This document shows positions 1 through 10,580 of a stretch of 64,000 nt of DNA, in pieces. Position 1 is the stretch's first letter; every line of letters starts with the position of its first letter. The notes under the pieces were generated by a model. That model was not told where the DNA came from. It saw only the letters and a program-made list of their open reading frames with translations, and ran no database searches. This DNA is from an uncultured Rothia sp. (GTDB lineage Bacteria > Actinomycetota > Actinomycetes > Actinomycetales > Micrococcaceae). The DNA lies in NCBI GenBank assembly GCA_963521575.1, contig CAUQVM010000001.1, positions 285-64,284 on the forward strand, in the 5' to 3' direction. Position numbers and translations under genes: made by a program.

Positions 1-1376
1 TGAAGCGTGAATCCCGCGAGGATTGGGAGCACATTATTGGGCGTATGCACCGTGTTCCTGAAGCTCTGGAGGGGCTAATTCTAAGCCTCGAAGCAGCCCG
101 CGCCGAGGGTAAGATTTCGCCCCGCTGCCAGGTGGACATCGTTATTGAGCAAACAGCCGCCTACTACGCCCCCGGCGGTTTCTTTGACGAACTGGCTGCC
201 GAGGTTACCGCAGCCGTTCCCGAGCTGGCCGAGGCCGCATCCACCGGTGCCGAACATGCCAAGAACGGTTACCGCCGTCTCAACGAGTACCTGGTCGAGG
301 TACTACAGCCGGCCGCTCCCTCCCACGATGCCGTGGGCCGTAAACTCTACAGCCTGCACTCTCGTTCCTTCCTGGGTAGCACCGTCGACCTGGACGAAAC
401 CTACGCCTGGGGTGTACGCGAACTGGAGGACATTATCGCCCGTCAGCGCGAGGTTGCAGAGGAGATTGAACCCGGTGCCAGCATCGAGCGCGCCAAGCAG
501 CTCCTTGATGAGGATCCGAAACGCCAGTTGCACGGCACCGAGGCACTCAAATCCTGGATGCAAGAGTTGGCTAATGGCGCCGTCGAAAACCTGGCCGGCA
601 CCCACTTTGATATTGACGGGCCGATGCGCCGTATCGAGTGCTGCATCGCCCCGACCCACGAAGGCGGCATCTACTACACCGGTCCCTCCCCCGACTTTAA
701 CCGCCCGGGCCGCATGTGGTGGTCCGTGCCCGAAGGCGAGGAGGAGTTCACAACCTGGCGTGAAACCTCCACCGTGTATCACGAGGGTGTGCCGGGGCAT
801 CATCTGCAGATTTCTATTGCTACGGCCCTGGCCGGCACCATGAACTCGTGGCGCACCAATATGCTGTGGGTGTCCGGCCACGGCGAGGGCTGGGCCCTGT
901 ATGCCGAACGGCTCATGGAGGAGCTGGGCTACCTGAAGGACCCGGGAGACCGCATGGGCATGCTAAACGCTCAGCGGATGCGTGCGGCTCGCGTGGTTTT
1001 CGACATTGGTGTGCACTGCGAGCTACCGGTACCCGCAGAATGGGCGGAACGCCTGGGCGTCGAGCCCGGCACCATCTGGTCCTCGGAGCTGGGTTATGAA
1101 TTCCTGAAGCAGAACCTGGATGAGTCCGAAGGGCAACTACGCTTTGAGTTCCTGCGCTACCTGGGCTGGCCGGGCCAGGCTCCCAGCTACAAGATTGGCG
1201 AGCGCCTGTGGATGCAGCTACGCGATCAGGCGCTGGAGCGCGGCGAGCAGATGCGCCATTTCCACACGCGTGCGCTCATGCTCGGGTCGGTGGGTTTGGA
1301 TACCCTGCGCCGTGCCCTCACTGATGAGATGATGCTTCCGATTGAGATTGAGGACGATGAGGAGGACGAGGATTAG
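1..1376 (+). CDS. DUF885 family protein (putative metallopeptidase), 5' end outside window
   Basis: Frame is open from base 3. Motifs YHEGVPGHHLQ, EGWALYAE and PGQAPSYKIG are typical of DUF885. Confidence 0.85.
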   Translation, partial: KRESREDWEHIIGRMHRVPEALEGLILSLEAARAEGKISPRCQVDIVIEQTAAYYAPGGFFDELAAEVTAAVPELAEAASTGAEHAKNGYRRLNEYLVEVLQPAAPSHDAVGRKLYSLHSRSFLGSTVDLDETYAWGVRELEDIIARQREVAEEIEPGASIERAKQLLDEDPKRQLHGTEALKSWMQELANGAVENLAGTHFDIDGPMRRIECCIAPTHEGGIYYTGPSPDFNRPGRMWWSVPEGEEEFTTWRETSTVYHEGVPGHHLQISIATALAGTMNSWRTNMLWVSGHGEGWALYAERLMEELGYLKDPGDRMGMLNAQRMRAARVVFDIGVHCELPVPAEWAERLGVEPGTIWSSELGYEFLKQNLDESEGQLRFEFLRYLGWPGQAPSYKIGERLWMQLRDQALERGEQMRHFHTRALMLGSVGLDTLRRALTDEMMLPIEIEDDEEDED

Positions 1377-1434
1377 CCGCTCGCGTCCCCTCACCCCCAT
1401 TCAATAACTAGGCATCATAATTACTGGTCAAGAG

Positions 1435-1478
1435 CGAAGGCCCCCGCCCCGGTACGGCAACCGGGGCGGGGGCCTTCG
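1435..1478. terminator. GC-rich hairpin between convergent genes, likely bidirectional terminator
   Basis: cgaaggcccccgccccgg ... ccggggcgggggccttcg perfect inverted repeat. Confidence 0.75.
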
Positions 1479-1550
1479 TATACATCTCTCGTGTCTCTCT
1501 CGCTCGGGACGCTATTACCGGTGGCCACCGGTACACGCAGAAAACAACTG

Positions 1551-2840
1551 CTAGAAGGTGGCGGTACCGGGATCGTAGGTTCCCGAGCCCAGCGCACCGG
1601 GAGCATTTAGGTCTATCAGGTGCGGGGTGAAACGGCACCAGTAGTCGGTGAGTGCGCCATTGGATTCGCGAATGCCCACGCCCACGCAACGCCCACCGAC
1701 GACCCACACACCCAAGATGGGGTGGCTCACCGGCTGGATAATGCCCTCGTAGCGCGGTGCGGGGATGTACTCCTGGTAGACAAACTCACTCTCGGGGGCG
1801 TTAGCGAAGAAATCGTCCTCCTCAGGTTTGACGAAGACATCGTAATCGGGGGCGTGTATCTCAACACCGTCACCCTCGCGCCCGAAAAGAGGCTTACGCA
1901 CCCAATTGCGCAGGCCACCGCGGTGCCCCACATAGGCAGGTACCAGGTTCGGGTGGCCGGGGTACTTATCCCAGAGAGCGGCCAGCAGTAGTTTATTGGA
2001 CAGGAACATCTTCCACGCCGGTTCAATCCAGCGTTGCGCCGCGCCATGGTAGGCGAAGAGTAGCTGATCGTACCCGGACTCGCTGTCGGTAGCCAAATCT
2101 TCCCAGGGGTAGAGCTTGAAGAGATTGTGGATGGGGCGCCCCGCCGCATCCTTCCAGCTCTTGCCCATCTCATCGAAGATGACCTCGTCAATGGGGATCA
2201 TAACGGTTTCGACCCCTGCCTGCTGGGCGGCGTAGGCGATGAGCCACAGGTTGTTATAGTCCTCGCGGTTCTCGTCAATCTCTTCGGGCACATGAGCCAG
2301 GTGTAACACGGGGTGCGCCCCCGCCGCGATCTCGGGGGCGAAGATTTGGCGCCAGCGATCCACGAAAGCATCGCCGATTTCGCCCCAGTGCGCGTAACCC
2401 TGCATTTCGAGACGCTGATCCTTGGCCCAGGTCTTCTGGCTAACTGCCGCATCCACGATGCCGGTGGGAGTGTCTGCGTTGTACTCGAGCAGTTTCAGGG
2501 GCGTGCCGGGTACACCCGAGTAGGTGAAATCAAAGCGCCCGTAGAAGTCGGGGTCACGCCGGTTCCAGGATTCGACGGCCAGGTTAAAGGCGCCCTGCGG
2601 CAGGCCCAGGGTTCCGAAGGCCCCGGAGGCAATGTACTCCACAGCGCTCAGACACATGCGATGCATTTCTTCAGCTTGGGCGCGTACGGCGTCCATTTCT
2701 TCGGGGCTAAAGACGTAGGCGGCGTACTCGTTCCAGTAGTGATCGGGGTCGTCGGGGCCGTCCACACTGTAGGTGAGGCCTTCATCGGTAATAATATTTA
2801 CCCAGTCGGGGCGTCCGAGGGGGAATTCTTCGCGGCGCAT
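1551..2840 (-). CDS. Glutathionylspermidine synthase-family ATP-grasp ligase (YgiC-like)
   Basis: YWNEYAAY, GRFDF, LLEYNADTPT, FKLYPWE, EPAWKMFLSNK, KPLFGREG, GIRE and RFTPH motifs; AGGAG upstream of ATG 2840. Confidence 0.9.
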   Translation of the reverse strand: MRREEFPLGRPDWVNIITDEGLTYSVDGPDDPDHYWNEYAAYVFSPEEMDAVRAQAEEMHRMCLSAVEYIASGAFGTLGLPQGAFNLAVESWNRRDPDFYGRFDFTYSGVPGTPLKLLEYNADTPTGIVDAAVSQKTWAKDQRLEMQGYAHWGEIGDAFVDRWRQIFAPEIAAGAHPVLHLAHVPEEIDENREDYNNLWLIAYAAQQAGVETVMIPIDEVIFDEMGKSWKDAAGRPIHNLFKLYPWEDLATDSESGYDQLLFAYHGAAQRWIEPAWKMFLSNKLLLAALWDKYPGHPNLVPAYVGHRGGLRNWVRKPLFGREGDGVEIHAPDYDVFVKPEEDDFFANAPESEFVYQEYIPAPRYEGIIQPVSHPILGVWVVGGRCVGVGIRESNGALTDYWCRFTPHLIDLNAPGALGSGTYDPGTATF

Positions 2841-2890
2841 AGGCCACAACTCCTTGCAGTCGGTGAGGGGGAGAACAGGAAGAGGTTGGG

Positions 2891-3766
2891 CTAGCCGCCG
2901 GAGGTGCCTCCGCCGGACTTGGAGCCACCACCGAAGCCGCCCTTGCTACCGGATTTGCTGGAGGAACCGGACTTGCCGGACGATCCGGAGCTATTCGATC
3001 CTTTGTAACCGGTGGATCCGGAGCCGGTGCCGCGACGGCCATTCGAGGCGGTTCCGGTGGTCTTATCGCGTACCGTGGAGGTCTTACCGCCGCTCTTACT
3101 CGAGGTCTCCTGACCCGAGGAGAACGTGGAGGACCTCTTGGCGGTGCGGTAGGAGTCCTCAAAGCCGCCGCCGGTTGAGACACCGCTGTAGACGGTACCG
3201 GTTGCCGGGCGGGTTGTGGATCCACCCGAGAGCTTCTCTCCCACGCGCGGAATAACGCTATTTGTCGTGCCCGAATTCTGGGCGATCTGACGACCCAGGT
3301 AGTACCAGAGGAAAGCGTTAGACACGCTATTGTGGTGCGTCGTGGTGGAAGAATGTGACGAGCCGGATCCGGAGGAACCCGAGCCCGAAGGATCCGTGCT
3401 GACCGAGGGAGCAGCCGTAGGCTCCTGCACTCCCGCTTTCTCACATTCAGAATCGTCCACACGTTCGCCGGTATTCGCATCCTGGCAGACGCGAGCATAC
3501 TCCTCACCCGTGGCGAGGAAGGCGTTCTCTTCCTGATGCAGAGAGTTGTAGGCGAAGATGCCACCGCCAATGAGGAGCACGCCGGCCCCCACCACAGCTA
3601 TCATCTTGGCCACGCCCGGGCGGGTGGCGCCCAGGTTCATGGCACCCTGAGTCGAGGACCGGGCAGCGCGGGTCGCAAAATTAGCAAAGGCATCGAGACG
3701 GCTATGGGGGCCGTTTGAACCATGAGTAGGGTGGGTTCCGCTCGGTGGATTGGGTGCAGAACTCAT
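2891..3766 (-). CDS. YgiB/DUF1190-like membrane protein with Gly/Ser-rich C-terminal tail
   Basis: AAGGAGAG RBS before ATG 3766; one TM helix; CQDANTGERVDDSEC; ends KGGFGGGSKSGGGTSGG; immediately upstream of the GSP-synthase-like gene. Confidence 0.7.
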   Translation of the reverse strand: MSSAPNPPSGTHPTHGSNGPHSRLDAFANFATRAARSSTQGAMNLGATRPGVAKMIAVVGAGVLLIGGGIFAYNSLHQEENAFLATGEEYARVCQDANTGERVDDSECEKAGVQEPTAAPSVSTDPSGSGSSGSGSSHSSTTTHHNSVSNAFLWYYLGRQIAQNSGTTNSVIPRVGEKLSGGSTTRPATGTVYSGVSTGGGFEDSYRTAKRSSTFSSGQETSSKSGGKTSTVRDKTTGTASNGRRGTGSGSTGYKGSNSSGSSGKSGSSSKSGSKGGFGGGSKSGGGTSGG

Positions 3767-4371
3767 ACATCTCTCCTTGAAAGAAGTCACGCGGCGATCG
3801 CATCGCCCGGCACCACGCGCCGGGTGTGAGAAGGCCGGGAAGGGGTGCGGAATGCCGTTTTGTGCCGGGGCATCTCGCAATTCGGTGTTGTTCCAGCATA
3901 TCAAGGCCGCGGCGGGGTCATACCCTCGTCTGGCTGGAGTCCGGCGAGGCTTCGCCGCTTGTTGAGGCATTGTTTGCCTGCTGTTTGCTTTCGGCCTGCT
4001 TCAAGCCCGAAAGATTCTGAACCTAGTACCCCAGTGGTTCAGATATGGCCGTTAATCCGATTGTGAGCTCAGCGTTCAGCACTGCCCGAATGGACAGAAA
4101 CCGACGGAGAAAAACAGCGCTGAGAGGGCTGTGCCGGGGGTGAGGATCCTACCTCATCTCAGCACCCATCCCGGCGCTTATCCCGGCATATGTCACAATT
4201 CGTCATGATCGATTTGTCTTTTCTCGAACACTGTTTATTGCCGTTATGATTTCTCACGGCGTGTTCCAACCCCTACGTGGCTGAGGGGGTCGGGACGCGC
4301 CATTTCTGCATCCGCATCCCAACATTCAATCCAAAGGTGCACCGAAGAGAAAAACTTCAGTCATTACCCTT

Positions 4372-4377
4372 TAAAAT
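4372..4377 (+). promoter_or_regulatory. Putative -10 box of leaderless maf transcript
   Basis: TAAAAT lies 7 nt before ATG 4385, with no obvious SD. Confidence 0.5.
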
Positions 4378-4384
4378 AGAAGCC

Positions 4385-5104
4385 ATGACTACTTCCACCC
4401 CCTCCCCCATCCCCCAGGAGCCAGCCCGGTTAGTGCTCGCCTCCGCCTCCACTGCGCGCCGCAAGCTATTGGAGGATTCTCGCATTGCCTTTGAAGTGCG
4501 CGTCTCCTCCGTGGACGAAGATGCCGCCCTAGCCGAGGCCAATAAGCGGTCCAAAGCGCAGGGCGGGGAGGGGCTGAGCCCCGCCGAAACCGCCACTCTG
4601 CTTGCGGAGCTCAAGGCCCGCGCGGTCGCCGAGGACCTGGCCGCCGAGGGTGTACACGATGCCCTGGTACTGGGATGCGATTCGGTCTTTGAATTTGAGG
4701 GAGTCGCCTACGGTAAACCGCACACCGCCGAGGCCGCACGCGAGCGCATCAGTGCCATGAGCGGACGACAGGGCACGCTCCACACCGGTCACACCCTCGT
4801 GGACCTGTGCGGCGAGGGCGGAAAGAATAGTGCCAAGCGGCCCATCCTTTCTGAACTGCGTAGTGCCGTCATGCACTTCGATACACTCACCTCTGACGAG
4901 ATTGAGGCATACATTGCCACGGGCGAGCCTCTGTGGGTGGCGGGCTCCTTCACTCTGGACGGTTACGGTTCGGCGTTCATTCGCGGTATTGAGGGTGAAT
5001 TCCACACGGTCGTGGGTCTATCGATTCACGCCCTGCGCGATTTGTTGCGCCGCCGCGGCGTAGCGGTGACGGATTTATGGCTACCTCCGGCGGAGGGGCA
5101 CTAG
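4385..5104 (+). CDS. maf: Maf family nucleoside triphosphate pyrophosphatase
   Basis: LVLASASTARR, LGCDSV, GKP and VVGLS motifs. Confidence 0.9.
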   Translation: MTTSTPSPIPQEPARLVLASASTARRKLLEDSRIAFEVRVSSVDEDAALAEANKRSKAQGGEGLSPAETATLLAELKARAVAEDLAAEGVHDALVLGCDSVFEFEGVAYGKPHTAEAARERISAMSGRQGTLHTGHTLVDLCGEGGKNSAKRPILSELRSAVMHFDTLTSDEIEAYIATGEPLWVAGSFTLDGYGSAFIRGIEGEFHTVVGLSIHALRDLLRRRGVAVTDLWLPPAEGH

Positions 5105-5261
5105 GCTTCAGAGCACCGCCATGAGCTGTTTTGGGAGTCTCCGCACCTCCCACACATTTTTGAACGCTGGCCGATATCATGGAACAGTATTGTGCGCGAT
5201 ACATTCGCCATTCTTGCTGATTCTCGATAAGCTTTCGGCAGCAGATAAAGGAGAACTTTAA

Positions 5262-7082
5262 GTGACTCAGAACCAGGCAGAAGCCGCTAAAAAGTACACG
5301 GCAGTCCCCGGCCGACACACCGGACCGGTGAGCAAGGTCCTCATTGCAAACCGTGGCGAGATTGCCGTCCGTGTGATTCGCGCGGCCCGAGATGAAGGGA
5401 TCCAGACCGTTGCCGTCTACGCCGATCCCGACCGTAATTCTCTGCACGTGAAGCTGGCCGATGAAGCATACGCCCTGGGTGGTTCCACCGCGGCACAGTC
5501 CTACCTGGTTATGGACAAGCTGATTGAGATTGCCCTCCGCTCCGGCGCCGATGCCGTACACCCCGGCTACGGTTTCCTCTCCGAAAACGCTCAATTCGCG
5601 CAGAAGTGCATCGATGCCGGTCTGACCTGGATTGGCCCCTCCCCCGAATCAATTGTTCAGCTGGGTGACAAGGTCGCGGCTCGCCATATCGCCCAGAAGG
5701 TGGGCGCTCCCCTGGTGCCCGGCACCAAGGATCCGGTCAAGTCTGCCGACGAGGTAGTGGCCTTTGCCGACGAGTACGGCCTACCGATTGCGGTCAAGGC
5801 GGCATTTGGCGGCGGTGGTCGCGGCATTAAGGTTGCCCGCGACCGCGAGAGCATCGTTGAGATGTACGAGTCCGCAGTGCGCGAGGCGACTGCAGCATTT
5901 GGCCGCGGTGAATGTTTCATCGAGCGATTCCTAGATTCTCCCCGCCACGTGGAGACCCAGTGCTTGGCCGATGCGTACGGCAACGTTGTGGTGGTCTCCA
6001 CCCGAGATTGTTCCCTGCAGCGCCGCAACCAGAAGCTCATCGAGGAGGCTCCCGCCCCTTACCTGAGCGATGAGCAGACTCAGCGCCTCTACGATGCTTC
6101 CCGCGCAATCTTGCGCGAAGCGGGCTATCAGGGTGCAGGTACCTGTGAATTCTTGGTCGGCACTGACGGCACCATCTCCTTCCTGGAGGTCAATACCCGA
6201 CTGCAGGTTGAGCATCCGGTTTCCGAGGAGATTTCGGGCCTGGATTTGGTGCGCGAGCAGTTCCGTATTGCCCGCGGTGAGAAGATTGAGGAGAAGGCCC
6301 CGGTCCTGCGCGGTCATTCCTTTGAGTTCCGCATTAACGGTGAAGATGCGGGCCGTTCCTTCATGCCTTCCCCCGGCACTATTGAGAAGCTGACTGTGCC
6401 CACCGGTCCCGGCGTGCGTTGGGATTCCGGCTTCGTCGCCGGTGATGTCATCGGCGGTAACTTTGACTCGATGCTCGCCAAACTGATTGTGACCGGGGCG
6501 GATCGCACCCAGGCACTGCAGCGTGCACGTCGCGCGCTGGCCGAGCTGTCCATTGAGGGTATGCCCACCGTAATTCCGTTCCACCGCGTGGTGCTGGATG
6601 ATCCGGCCTTCGCCCCCGCGGAAGGTGGCCGGTTCAAGGTGCATACTCGCTGGATTGAGACCGAGTTCAACAATACGATTCCCATGTACTCCGGTGCGCC
6701 CGGTTCCGTGGACTCCGATGATGAGGAACGCACCACCGTGGTGGTTGAGGTTAATGGTAAGCGTATGGAGGTCTCTCTGCCGGAGCTGGGTGGCGCCGCA
6801 AAGCCCGCCGCCAAGCCCAGCACCAAGAGCCGCAAGTCCCGTTCGGCGCGCGGTGCAGCTAAGGCCAGCGGAGACGAGCTAACCAGCCCCATGCAGGGCA
6901 CCATTGTGAAGGTTGCGGTTTCTGACGGCGATACCGTCGCCGAGGGCGATCTGGTGCTGGTATTGGAGGCTATGAAGATGGAGCAGCCCATTACCGCGCA
7001 CAAGGCCGGTAAGGTATCGGGTCTATCCGCCAAGCCGGGTGATACCGTCACCTCCGGCGCGGTGTTGGCCACCATTAAGTAG
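5262..7082 (+). CDS. Acetyl/propionyl-CoA carboxylase alpha subunit (biotin carboxylase + BCCP)
   Basis: [18 protein letters not shown] and [10 protein letters not shown] motifs; biotin motif EAMKM; GTG start after AAGGAG. Confidence 0.95.
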   Translation: MTQNQAEAAKKYTAVPGRHTGPVSKVLIANRGEIAVRVIRAARDEGIQTVAVYADPDRNSLHVKLADEAYALGGSTAAQSYLVMDKLIEIALRSGADAVHPGYGFLSENAQFAQKCIDAGLTWIGPSPESIVQLGDKVAARHIAQKVGAPLVPGTKDPVKSADEVVAFADEYGLPIAVKAAFGGGGRGIKVARDRESIVEMYESAVREATAAFGRGECFIERFLDSPRHVETQCLADAYGNVVVVSTRDCSLQRRNQKLIEEAPAPYLSDEQTQRLYDASRAILREAGYQGAGTCEFLVGTDGTISFLEVNTRLQVEHPVSEEISGLDLVREQFRIARGEKIEEKAPVLRGHSFEFRINGEDAGRSFMPSPGTIEKLTVPTGPGVRWDSGFVAGDVIGGNFDSMLAKLIVTGADRTQALQRARRALAELSIEGMPTVIPFHRVVLDDPAFAPAEGGRFKVHTRWIETEFNNTIPMYSGAPGSVDSDDEERTTVVVEVNGKRMEVSLPELGGAAKPAAKPSTKSRKSRSARGAAKASGDELTSPMQGTIVKVAVSDGDTVAEGDLVLVLEAMKMEQPITAHKAGKVSGLSAKPGDTVTSGAVLATIK

Positions 7083-7138
7083 TCGCTTCCAAGCTGACCG
7101 CCGGGGAGTTGCTTCGCTTCCCTATACCCTGTTGTTAT

Positions 7139-7172
7139 GCATCCCCGTCGCGAGGTTCTCGTGGCGGGGATG
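7139..7172 (+). terminator. Hairpin downstream of the carboxylase gene
   Basis: gcatccccgtcgcgag-gtt-ctcgtggcgggatgc imperfect inverted repeat. Confidence 0.5.
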
Positions 7173-7426
7173 CGCGCTACCCGGTGTACCCTTGGGGCAA
7201 CCGAATACTGCGCAGTCCAGATAGTGACGGCTTCTACGTCTGTATTTCTGAACGGTTTATAATTGTGCACTAGAGGGAGCCTTTTCTCTTACATCCGACC
7301 GCAATATACTCTCGGCGGAGGGTTTCCCGGCACGCGCGCGCAGCCCACCCCGCAGCGCTCAGCCGCCGGCGCGAGGGTAGCCAGGCTCCGTTTGTACACT
7401 ACAGTCCATATTCGGGAGCATCTCTC

Positions 7427-8827
7427 ATGAGCACCACCGTCCCCGGCACTAAGGCACCCGCCATGTCGGTCGAGAACACGACTCCTCGTAGCCGTGTGAT
7501 TCTCGCATCGCTCATTGGTACCACCATTGAGTTCTACGATTTCTATATTTACGCCACCGCCGCAGTGGCAGTCTTTCCCCTACTGTTCTTCCCCGCGGAA
7601 GATTCCACCACCGAGTTGCTGGCCTCGTTCGCAACTTTTGGCGTAGCCTTCATTGCCCGCCCGCTCGGCTCCGTAATTTTCGGTCATTTCGGTGACAAAG
7701 TCGGCCGTAAGGCAACCCTGGTCGGCGCGCTGTTGACCATGGGCTTGGCCACCTTTGTTATCGGCTTGCTCCCCACCTACCACCAGATTGCCCTGTGGGC
7801 TCCGACCATGCTGACCATTATGCGCTTCTGCCAGGGTCTGGGCCTGGGTGGTGAGTGGTCCGGTGCAGCCCTGCTGGCCAGTGAATATGCCGAGGAGGGC
7901 AAGCGCGCCCGCGCCGCTATGTGGCCGCAGCTGGGCGCCCCCATCGGCTTCGTGCTGGCTAACGGCTTCATGCTACTGCTGACAAGCTTCATCACTTTCA
8001 ACTCCGCCACCGACGCAAAGAACCTCGATCACCCCTTCCTCATCTGGGGTTGGCGCATCCCGTTCCTGCTGTCCATTGTGATGGTGGCCGTGGGCCTGTA
8101 CGTACGTTTTAAGCTGGAGGAGACCCCGGTCTTCGCCAAGGCGGCCGCCAACAATGAAAAGGTCAAGACCCCGCTCGTTGAAGCCTTTAAGGTTGCCTGG
8201 TGGCCCATGATTCAGGGCACCTTCATTATGGTTGCCTGCTATGTGCTGTTCTACCTGATGACCGCGTGGGTTCTCTCCTACGGTATTGCCAAGGCGGATA
8301 AGGGCGGCTTGGCTATCCCCTATCACGAGTTCCTCGTCATCCAGCTCATTTCGATTATTGGCTTCGCCATCTTTATCCCGGTCTCGGGCTGGCTGGCCGA
8401 TAAATACGGTCGCCGTACCCAGCAGCTGTGGACTACCATTGCAATGGCCCTCTTTGGCCTGTGCTTTGCTTTCCTCATCTCCCCCGCCGCCGTTGGCACC
8501 GGTAAGAATGCAAACGTTATGGCCGTGACCGCCTTTATCTTTATCGGCATGTGCCTGATGGGCCTCTCCTTCGGTTCGATGTCTGCCTACCTGCCGGAGC
8601 TGTACCCCACCAACGTTCGTTACACCGCCAGCGGTATTGCCTACAATATGGCCTCCATTCTGGGTGCCGCGCTGACCCCCTTCGCCGCGGTCTGGCTGAA
8701 CGCAACCTTCGGTGTGGGCGCCGTGGGCGGCTACCTGGCCTTTGCCTCGACTCTGAGCGTTATCTTTATTCTGCTCACTCACGAAACCCGTGACGTGGAT
8801 ATGAACGCGGTTGGATCCTCGAAGTAA
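7427..8827 (+). CDS. MFS transporter, metabolite:H+ symporter (MHS) family
   Basis: GTTIEFYDF, GHFGDKVGRK and GLGLGGEW motifs; about 12 hydrophobic segments. Confidence 0.9.
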   Translation: MSTTVPGTKAPAMSVENTTPRSRVILASLIGTTIEFYDFYIYATAAVAVFPLLFFPAEDSTTELLASFATFGVAFIARPLGSVIFGHFGDKVGRKATLVGALLTMGLATFVIGLLPTYHQIALWAPTMLTIMRFCQGLGLGGEWSGAALLASEYAEEGKRARAAMWPQLGAPIGFVLANGFMLLLTSFITFNSATDAKNLDHPFLIWGWRIPFLLSIVMVAVGLYVRFKLEETPVFAKAAANNEKVKTPLVEAFKVAWWPMIQGTFIMVACYVLFYLMTAWVLSYGIAKADKGGLAIPYHEFLVIQLISIIGFAIFIPVSGWLADKYGRRTQQLWTTIAMALFGLCFAFLISPAAVGTGKNANVMAVTAFIFIGMCLMGLSFGSMSAYLPELYPTNVRYTASGIAYNMASILGAALTPFAAVWLNATFGVGAVGGYLAFASTLSVIFILLTHETRDVDMNAVGSSK

Positions 8828-8849
8828 CCCTTCGCAGGATTAACGCGTG

Positions 8850-8902
8850 CGGTGGGGCCGCCTCCTGTATCCTGAGGATTCGGGAGGCGACCCCACCGTT
8901 TT
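8850..8902 (+). terminator. Rho-independent terminator
   Basis: cggtggggccgcctcc ... gggaggcgaccccaccg followed by tttt. Confidence 0.7.
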
Positions 8903-9033
8903 GTGTCCGCACTGATTTTTAGAGCTGAGTAGCTTGTAGAGCTAGGTTGCTTTCAGATCGAGCAATTACAACGATCGCCTACATTGGCCGATGCATCCGC
9001 TACAAGCTACCGGGTCCAAAAGCTAATATACCG

Positions 9034-10455
9034 TTAGAGCAGGCCGCGGGTATGCAGTTTACGGGATGCCTCGGCAATCGAGCCGGAGAGCGAGGGGTAG
9101 ACCGTGAAGGTATCCGCCAGATCATCCACCGTGAGCTTCTTCTCCACCGCCAGAGCGATAGGATAAATCAGCTCGGAGGCGCGTTGACCCACAACCACAC
9201 CACCGATGACGGTACCCGAGTGGCGGCGCGCAAAAATCTTCACAAAGCCGTCGCGCATCGCCATCATCTTGGCGCGCGGATTGGTGCTCAGCTGAAGGGT
9301 CACCGCATCACCGCGGTAGGCTCCCTCTTGCAGGTCCTTCTCGCTAATACCCACGGTCGCAATCTCGGGCGAGGTGAAAATATTGGCCGCAACCCTGTCG
9401 GTACGCAGGGGGCGCACCGCATCGCCCAGAATGTGCGCCACCGCAATGCGACCCTGCATAGCAGCCACCGAAGCCAGCGGGTACACACCCGTGCAGTCGC
9501 CTGCGGCATAGATATTGTTTACACTCGTACGGGAGACACCGTCCACCGTAATGTGGCCGCTCGGAGCGTGCTCCACACCGGCTTCTTCCAGACCCAGATC
9601 TTCGGTATTGGGAATCGAACCAATAGCCACAAGACAGTGAGTACCGGAGACCTTACGACCGTCCGAGAGGGTCACGATGACGCCCTTCCCATCCTCGGTG
9701 CGCTCCACGGCGGAGGCACGGGAGCGAGGCATAACTCGCACACCGCGGCGTTCAAAGACATCTTCCAGCACGCGGGCGGCGTCTTCGTCCTCACCGGGCA
9801 GCACGCGCTCGCGCGAGGACACGAGCGTCACCTTCGAGCCCAGGCCATTGTAGGCCGAGGCAAACTCGGCACCGGTCACACCCGAACCAATAACAATGAG
9901 TTCCTCGGGTACCTCGCAAAGGTTGTACAGCTGAGTCCAGGTCAGGATGCGCTCGCCATCGGGCATACCGGTAGCCATCTCACGCGGATGCGTACCCACC
10001 GAGAGAATCACGAAGTCGGCGTGCAGGGGGTAGACGAGACCGGCTTCATCGGTCACCTGCACCGTGTGACGGTCCAGGAGCTTACCGGTGCCGTGAATAA
10101 TCTTCACGCCGGCCGATGCGAGGGCGCGCTTAATGTCAGCAGATTGCTGATGGGCCAGCTCGCGTACACGTCGGTTGACGCGATTCATATCTACCTGAAG
10201 CTGCGGGGCCTTGCCCTTGGTATTCTCGATGCCGAGGCTTCCGGCATCGGAGAAGCGGGTCATCATGTCCGCCGTGGCAATGAGCGTTTTGGAGGGCACA
10301 ACGTCGGTCAGAACAGCCGAGCCACCAATTGCGTTGCGCTCAATCAACGTCACGTCGGCCTGGGAGGATGCGGCAACCATAGCGGCCTCGTATCCGCCGG
10401 GGCCGCCACCAATAATTACAAAGCGTTGTGATGCATAATTCACCGTTGAAGTCAT
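9034..10455 (-). CDS. lpdA: NAD(P)H-quinone dehydrogenase (actinobacterial LpdA type)
   Basis: GGGPGG FAD motif; GGSAVLTDVVPSK lacking the redox CxxxxC; GSGVTGAE; TFTVYPSLSGS. Confidence 0.88.
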   Translation of the reverse strand: MTSTVNYASQRFVIIGGGPGGYEAAMVAASSQADVTLIERNAIGGSAVLTDVVPSKTLIATADMMTRFSDAGSLGIENTKGKAPQLQVDMNRVNRRVRELAHQQSADIKRALASAGVKIIHGTGKLLDRHTVQVTDEAGLVYPLHADFVILSVGTHPREMATGMPDGERILTWTQLYNLCEVPEELIVIGSGVTGAEFASAYNGLGSKVTLVSSRERVLPGEDEDAARVLEDVFERRGVRVMPRSRASAVERTEDGKGVIVTLSDGRKVSGTHCLVAIGSIPNTEDLGLEEAGVEHAPSGHITVDGVSRTSVNNIYAAGDCTGVYPLASVAAMQGRIAVAHILGDAVRPLRTDRVAANIFTSPEIATVGISEKDLQEGAYRGDAVTLQLSTNPRAKMMAMRDGFVKIFARRHSGTVIGGVVVGQRASELIYPIALAVEKKLTVDDLADTFTVYPSLSGSIAEASRKLHTRGLL

Positions 10456-10580
10456 ACTTTAATTGTGAGCTATGACGCGCTTGAAGGGCAAAAGCACTCG
10501 CCGTACAGAGAGGTCACAATACAACAATCTGCACGGCAAGTGCGTTTTTAGCCGAGCCAACTATGAGGCCGCGTACTCCC

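Noticed and set aside
2782..3570. 262-aa Pro/Arg-rich alternative-frame ORF
   Set aside because: Frame-shifted reading of the low-complexity Gly/Ser gene, with no independent support.
8947..10431. 494-aa plus-strand ORF antisense to lpdA
   Set aside because: Shadow ORF typical of GC-rich codon bias. It has no motifs and fully overlaps a well-supported gene.
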